Origin: a virus
Taxonomy: Duplodnaviria; Caudoviricetes
Virus record (IMG/VR): IMGVR_UViG_3300032216_000445
Coordinates: 1-38,068 of that record
Length of the DNA: 38,068 bases
Reading direction: 5' to 3' (one strand)
Shown here: piece after piece, positions 34,024 to 38,068 of the stretch
Numbering within the stretch: position 1 is the stretch's first letter
How the letters are laid out: every line of letters starts with the position of its first letter
Program-made: the position numbers and the translations under genes
Notes under the pieces: generated by a model
Database searches by the model: none
What the model was told of the DNA's origin: nothing
Seen by the model: the letters and a program-made list of their open reading frames with translations, nothing else

Positions 34024-35913
34024 ATGTCCGCTATTTCAGACAAAGACGAGCGCAGGGCAAAGTATTACACGCGCATTATCAATGCGCTGAATCAGCGCGA
34101 GACCTGGGAGAACCGGCAACGGTTGTTTTACCAGGCCCGTTACTTCGGCGTGCGCAGGCGAGTCAAGCCTTGGCCTACTGCTGCTGATCTTCACGTTCAG
34201 TTGATTGATACTGCGATTGAAAAGCTAAAGCCTTCCTTCGTCAACAGCGCAATTGGGAACGACATTCTATCCAGCTTTGTCCCGATGCGCCAGCAGTTGG
34301 CACCTTTGACAGTTTCCGCCGAGCGTTGGTTTGATTACAACATGCGCGAACGCACCAACTTTCAAAAAGAGATTGTTTCGGTAATTGACCACATTTTGCT
34401 TTATGGCCGCGGTGTATCCAAGATTACTTGGAATGAAGACAAGAAACAAATTCAGTTTGAGGCAATTGACCCATTTCACATTATTGTTCCTCCTCAGACA
34501 AAGGAGTTTAAGGATGCAGATTTCATCGTTCACATCATCTCGACAAGTGTCGATTCCTATAAGGCAAATCCGCTTTACTACCAGGACGACCAGTTTATCC
34601 GGACAATTTCTGGTAAACCCTCCAAATCGGTGGGCTTACGAAGTGAAATTCAAAACGAGATTTATAGACGGGAAGGCATTACTCAGGAAGCTGAGAATGA
34701 TCGCATCATTCTTTGGGAGATGCATACTCCCTCGGAAGACGGATGGAAGGTCGAGACGTTTAGTCCGCTTGTCCTAGATCAAGACATCCGCAAGCCATTT
34801 ACTTTGCCGTACAATCACGGTGAGCCACCTTTTGTAGATTTCCCCTATGAGGTCACAGGGGGCGGTTGGTACAGTCCGAGAGGCGTTGCAGAGATCCTGC
34901 TCCCGAACGAGAACCTACTAAATAAACTAAAGAACTCCCTCTCCGATTACGTTGAACTGGCCAACCGACCCGTTTTCGAGGCACAGAATCCGATCTCGCT
35001 GAATACATCGAATCTTAAGATGCAACCAGGGCAGATTCTGCCCCAAGGACTAAAGCCAGTTCAATTTGGTCAGCCACCATTTGATTTTCAAAAGTTGATG
35101 CTTGAAGAACGTTTGCTGTCCGAGCAGCGCATGGGCAATCCGGATTTTGGTGCTGGATCTCAATTTCAGATCAGCGATAGAAAAACTGCTACGGAAATTC
35201 AAGCATTGCAGTCTCAAGCAGCCGCATCCGGTGACCTCCGCAATCGCATGTTCCGGATGGGTCTTGCCCATTTATTCAAGCAGGCATGGTCGCTTTACAC
35301 GCAGTACAACAAGAAAGATTTGATGTATCGGTATGCAGAGGAAACCGGCTCCATGCCTCCGGAAGGCATCCATGACGAATATTCAATTGAACCCAAGGGT
35401 GGATTGGATTTTGTAAATCGTCAGTTTGCTTTGCAGAAATCTGTTTCTCGCATGCAGATGTTCCAAAATAATCCTTTTGTCAACCAGGCAGAACTGGTTA
35501 AATCTGTTCTTGAACAAGATGACCCCAGCCTTGTACGCAGACTATTCCAAGATCCTAATCAGGCATCAGGAGATCAGTCTGAAGATCAAGCGACTGAAAT
35601 TGCGACAATGCTTTCAACCGGATTCCCTGTCGCAATCAAGCCTAGCGATGATCACAAGGCGCATATATCGGTTCTGTTCGCATTTAACCAGGCGGCTCAA
35701 CAGCGGCAGCAACAGGTCGATCAGAGTGCAATGCAGGTTCTGATGGCACATTTACAACAGCATTTGGCTGCTCTTGAGAAAATTGATCCTAATACAGCAC
35801 GCGCGATCCAGAAACAGCTTCGTGATGCAGGCAAGGCTCAGATGCAACAGCAGGTGCAACAATTGCCTCCTGGTGCAATGCAAGGCCAACAAGCCGGTCC
35901 GATGCAAGGTTGA
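34024..35913 (+). CDS. Portal protein
   Basis: 629 aa; YGRGV.KI.W, IDPF, KTATEI motifs, Gln-rich tail; lies between terL and scaffold. Confidence 0.85.
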   Translation: MSAISDKDERRAKYYTRIINALNQRETWENRQRLFYQARYFGVRRRVKPWPTAADLHVQLIDTAIEKLKPSFVNSAIGNDILSSFVPMRQQLAPLTVSAERWFDYNMRERTNFQKEIVSVIDHILLYGRGVSKITWNEDKKQIQFEAIDPFHIIVPPQTKEFKDADFIVHIISTSVDSYKANPLYYQDDQFIRTISGKPSKSVGLRSEIQNEIYRREGITQEAENDRIILWEMHTPSEDGWKVETFSPLVLDQDIRKPFTLPYNHGEPPFVDFPYEVTGGGWYSPRGVAEILLPNENLLNKLKNSLSDYVELANRPVFEAQNPISLNTSNLKMQPGQILPQGLKPVQFGQPPFDFQKLMLEERLLSEQRMGNPDFGAGSQFQISDRKTATEIQALQSQAAASGDLRNRMFRMGLAHLFKQAWSLYTQYNKKDLMYRYAEETGSMPPEGIHDEYSIEPKGGLDFVNRQFALQKSVSRMQMFQNNPFVNQAELVKSVLEQDDPSLVRRLFQDPNQASGDQSEDQATEIATMLSTGFPVAIKPSDDHKAHISVLFAFNQAAQQRQQQVDQSAMQVLMAHLQQHLAALEKIDPNTARAIQKQLRDAGKAQMQQQVQQLPPGAMQGQQAGPMQG

Positions 35914-36464
35914 AAGTTCCGGTAATGCGGGATGCCTTCCAACAGGAAGGCTTGGCTGATCTTTGCAAGTGGGCAAATGAGCAAGGTGCCACGGGCAAGG
36001 CGATAGAGATTGGTGCGTATAGTGGCGAAGGAACAATTGTTTTAGCCAAGTATTTCAAGGAAATCCTTGCCGTAGATCCTTGGTTAAACGGATACGATAT
36101 TAAGGATAGGGCAAGTCAACAATGCCCGATGAAGTTTGTATTTGAAGCATTCCAAGAACGTACCAAGGGCCTTGGTAATGTCATGTTTAGTCGGGGTAAA
36201 AGCTTAGATGCCCTGGAGTTTGTTCCGGATGCATCATGCGATTTGGTTTATATTGACGGAGATCACAGGTACGAAGGCGTATTGGCTGATTTAAAAGGAT
36301 GGCGAAATAAGTTAAAAGATGGTGGGATTATGTCCGGACACGATTGGAGTTGGGAGTCTGTAAAAAAAGCTTTGAAAGAAGAGATTGGCGATAAGGATTA
36401 CACCTTATTCAATGGTGACTCCTGGGCGATAAAGCTGTCCAAAGATATGGATGTGGTAAAATAG
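35910..36464 (+). CDS. Class I SAM-dependent methyltransferase (Methyltransf_24-like)
   Basis: IEIGAYSGEGT, AVDPW, DLVYIDGDHRYE.V..D, LKDGGIMSGHD. Confidence 0.85.
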   Translation: MKVPVMRDAFQQEGLADLCKWANEQGATGKAIEIGAYSGEGTIVLAKYFKEILAVDPWLNGYDIKDRASQQCPMKFVFEAFQERTKGLGNVMFSRGKSLDALEFVPDASCDLVYIDGDHRYEGVLADLKGWRNKLKDGGIMSGHDWSWESVKKALKEEIGDKDYTLFNGDSWAIKLSKDMDVVK

Positions 36465-36468
36465 GCAT

Positions 36469-36600
36469 ATGAAAAAAGGTTTATATGCAAATATGAATGC
36501 CCGTAAAAAGGCAGGGACAAGCCGAAGCAAGAAGGATTCAACCATTAAACCAAAGATTTGGCGCATGATGAAGGCGCAAAAAGGCGGTTTTTCTAAGTGA
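36469..36600 (+). CDS. Small basic protein, 43 aa (not in the ORF track)
   Basis: MKKGLYANMNARKKAGTSRSKKDSTI..; GTGA overlap with the next gene. Confidence 0.7.
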   Translation: MKKGLYANMNARKKAGTSRSKKDSTIKPKIWRMMKAQKGGFSK

Positions 36601-36920
36601 GAAAACTGAAAGCAGCACTTGCGTTCATACGCGAGCAAGAGTGGGTTAACGAACCTAAATGGGAGGATGAGGACGAAAAGACATGGACTGCATTCTTGGG
36701 TACGCCAACCGGCAAGCGTCTTAGCCTAATCCTTTTAAACCTAACCTTGCGTCAAAACTCGACTGCTGTGATGAAAAAACCAGAAGCTCTTGCGGACGCT
36801 TGTGGCTATGCTAAAGGCTTTAGGGGATGTGTGGCGACTTTAGAGTCGTTGGCATCCCAGCACTTTAACTCCGCCATTCCAGACTACGGGGATGGATCGG
36901 ATGAACAAGTAGTCGACTAA
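36597..36920 (+). CDS. Hypothetical head-module protein (Bbp19-like position)
   Basis: FLGTPTGKRL motif; between portal and scaffold. Confidence 0.6.
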   Translation: MRKLKAALAFIREQEWVNEPKWEDEDEKTWTAFLGTPTGKRLSLILLNLTLRQNSTAVMKKPEALADACGYAKGFRGCVATLESLASQHFNSAIPDYGDGSDEQVVD

Positions 36921-36967
36921 CCTTTAGGTAGAATGACTCCCTACCGAAAAGTGTAAGAAAGGGTCAA

Positions 36968-37939
36968 ATGGCAGATTCAAACAACCTGACCGAGGCGGAT
37001 GTATTGGCAATGGCGCAAGCGGCTGACGAGGGACTGGACTTTACTCCCAGGACCAAGGAAGACGAAAAAGCCAAAGTAGAAACAGAAGCACCGGTTGAGG
37101 CTAGCGGAGATACCGAGCAGACCCCCGCGCCTGCTGAAGAAGCCGAAAAAACAAAACTAGAATCCTCGGATGAGGATTCATCTTCCAAGGAGAAATCCAA
37201 AGAAGACAAAAGTTCTTTAACAACGCAACCTTCAGAAAACAAGTCGGAGTCGGATTCCGAAAGGAAGCCTACTCGCTACGAAAAGGCTAAGTCTAGACTT
37301 GAGAAGGAGTGGGAAGATGTCCGAGCAGAGAAAGCCAGAATCAAAGCTGAACGAGAGCAGATCGAGGCCGAAAGAGCAAGGAAGACTTCAGAGACTCCTC
37401 AAAGTGAGACAAGGGCGAGCAATCGCAGGTTTAGCGCGGAAGATTATCGGGAAGCGGCAAAGAGCTACCGTGATGAAGGCCGTGATGATCTTGCAAAACT
37501 CGCTGAACAAAAAGCAGCCGAATCGGAAGCTGAAGACCGGAAAGAAATTGAGCAAAAAACTCAAACAGAATTAAAGTCTGCTTGGGATAAAAATTTGCTT
37601 GATGAGGTGGAAGCCAATCCGGAACTCAAGGATTCCAATAGCTCGCTCTATAAAACCGTTTCGCAGATGTTGCAGGACCACGCCATCCTTCGTAATTACC
37701 CAGCGGGTATTAGAGATGCGGTTGGAATTGCAAAAGTGAAGCTCCAAGCGGAGTCCGCCTCCGACTTGAAGAAGAAGGTTGCAGAGTATGAGAAAGAAAT
37801 TTCTCAACTCAGAAAAGCGACTACTCCGGCATCTGGACAACCCAAAGGTCCATCCAAGGTCAAATCCTTTAATGACCTGTCTCTTGACGAGCAGGAACAG
37901 GAATTGATGAGGATGGCAAGTGAAGTTGACAGAAGCTGA
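36968..37939 (+). CDS. Capsid scaffolding protein
   Basis: 323 aa acidic, coiled-coil; immediately precedes the capsid start. Confidence 0.75.
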   Translation: MADSNNLTEADVLAMAQAADEGLDFTPRTKEDEKAKVETEAPVEASGDTEQTPAPAEEAEKTKLESSDEDSSSKEKSKEDKSSLTTQPSENKSESDSERKPTRYEKAKSRLEKEWEDVRAEKARIKAEREQIEAERARKTSETPQSETRASNRRFSAEDYREAAKSYRDEGRDDLAKLAEQKAAESEAEDRKEIEQKTQTELKSAWDKNLLDEVEANPELKDSNSSLYKTVSQMLQDHAILRNYPAGIRDAVGIAKVKLQAESASDLKKKVAEYEKEISQLRKATTPASGQPKGPSKVKSFNDLSLDEQEQELMRMASEVDRS

Positions 37940-37945
37940 GTAGTC

Positions 37946-38068
37946 ATAACAAACAAGGATATTTAATTATATGGTAACTACAGGCTCAGTAACCTCGCAG
38001 TTCCAGACGTACTTCTCGAAGGCGTTGCTGGAACGTGCGATCCCCCTGCTCCAGATGGAGCAGTTCGC
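37946..38068. repeat. Direct terminal repeat, right copy
   Basis: Identical to bases 1-123. Confidence 0.95.

Noticed and set aside
37946-38068. 123-bp repeat as a physical virion terminal repeat
   Set aside because: It cuts through the start of the capsid gene and is k-mer sized; more likely an assembly overlap.
1-38068. Stop-codon reassignment
   Set aside because: Genes tile densely under the standard bacterial code, with TAA, TAG and TGA all used as stops.

Overview
The window appears to be a complete, circularly assembled ~37.9 kb dsDNA tailed phage genome: bases 1-123 are repeated exactly at 37946-38068. The layout is podovirus-like. The late module runs terS-terL-holin/spanin-like genes-Dps-like-portal-SAM methyltransferase-scaffold, then across the junction to major capsid-Thr/Ser/Gly-rich tail proteins-adaptor/nozzle-ejection proteins-GH108 lysin. 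A plus-strand replication/recombination module (Hjc-like resolvase, NGO0469-like protein, PD-(D/E)XK exonuclease, AEP primase, AAA_25 helicase) converges on a short minus-strand, probably early, module containing a GP88-like gene. I saw no DNA polymerase, integrase, repressor, tRNA, reverse transcriptase or CRISPR array. The main signals are: (1) a C5-cytosine methyltransferase locus dual-coded over ~1.18 kb, with motif IX and five tandem WxTP modules in an overlapping +1 frame; (2) a surrounding modification cluster (DUF5664-like diphosphohydrolase, GT-A and GT9-like glycosyltransferases, 2OG-Fe(II) oxygenase); (3) genome-wide excess of TCCGGA (38 copies counted by eye) with near absence of CCSGG; (4) a structured intergenic RNA candidate with an anti-Shine-Dalgarno loop; (5) several apparently leaderless operon-first genes. 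All family calls come from motif recognition by eye; no database searches were run.
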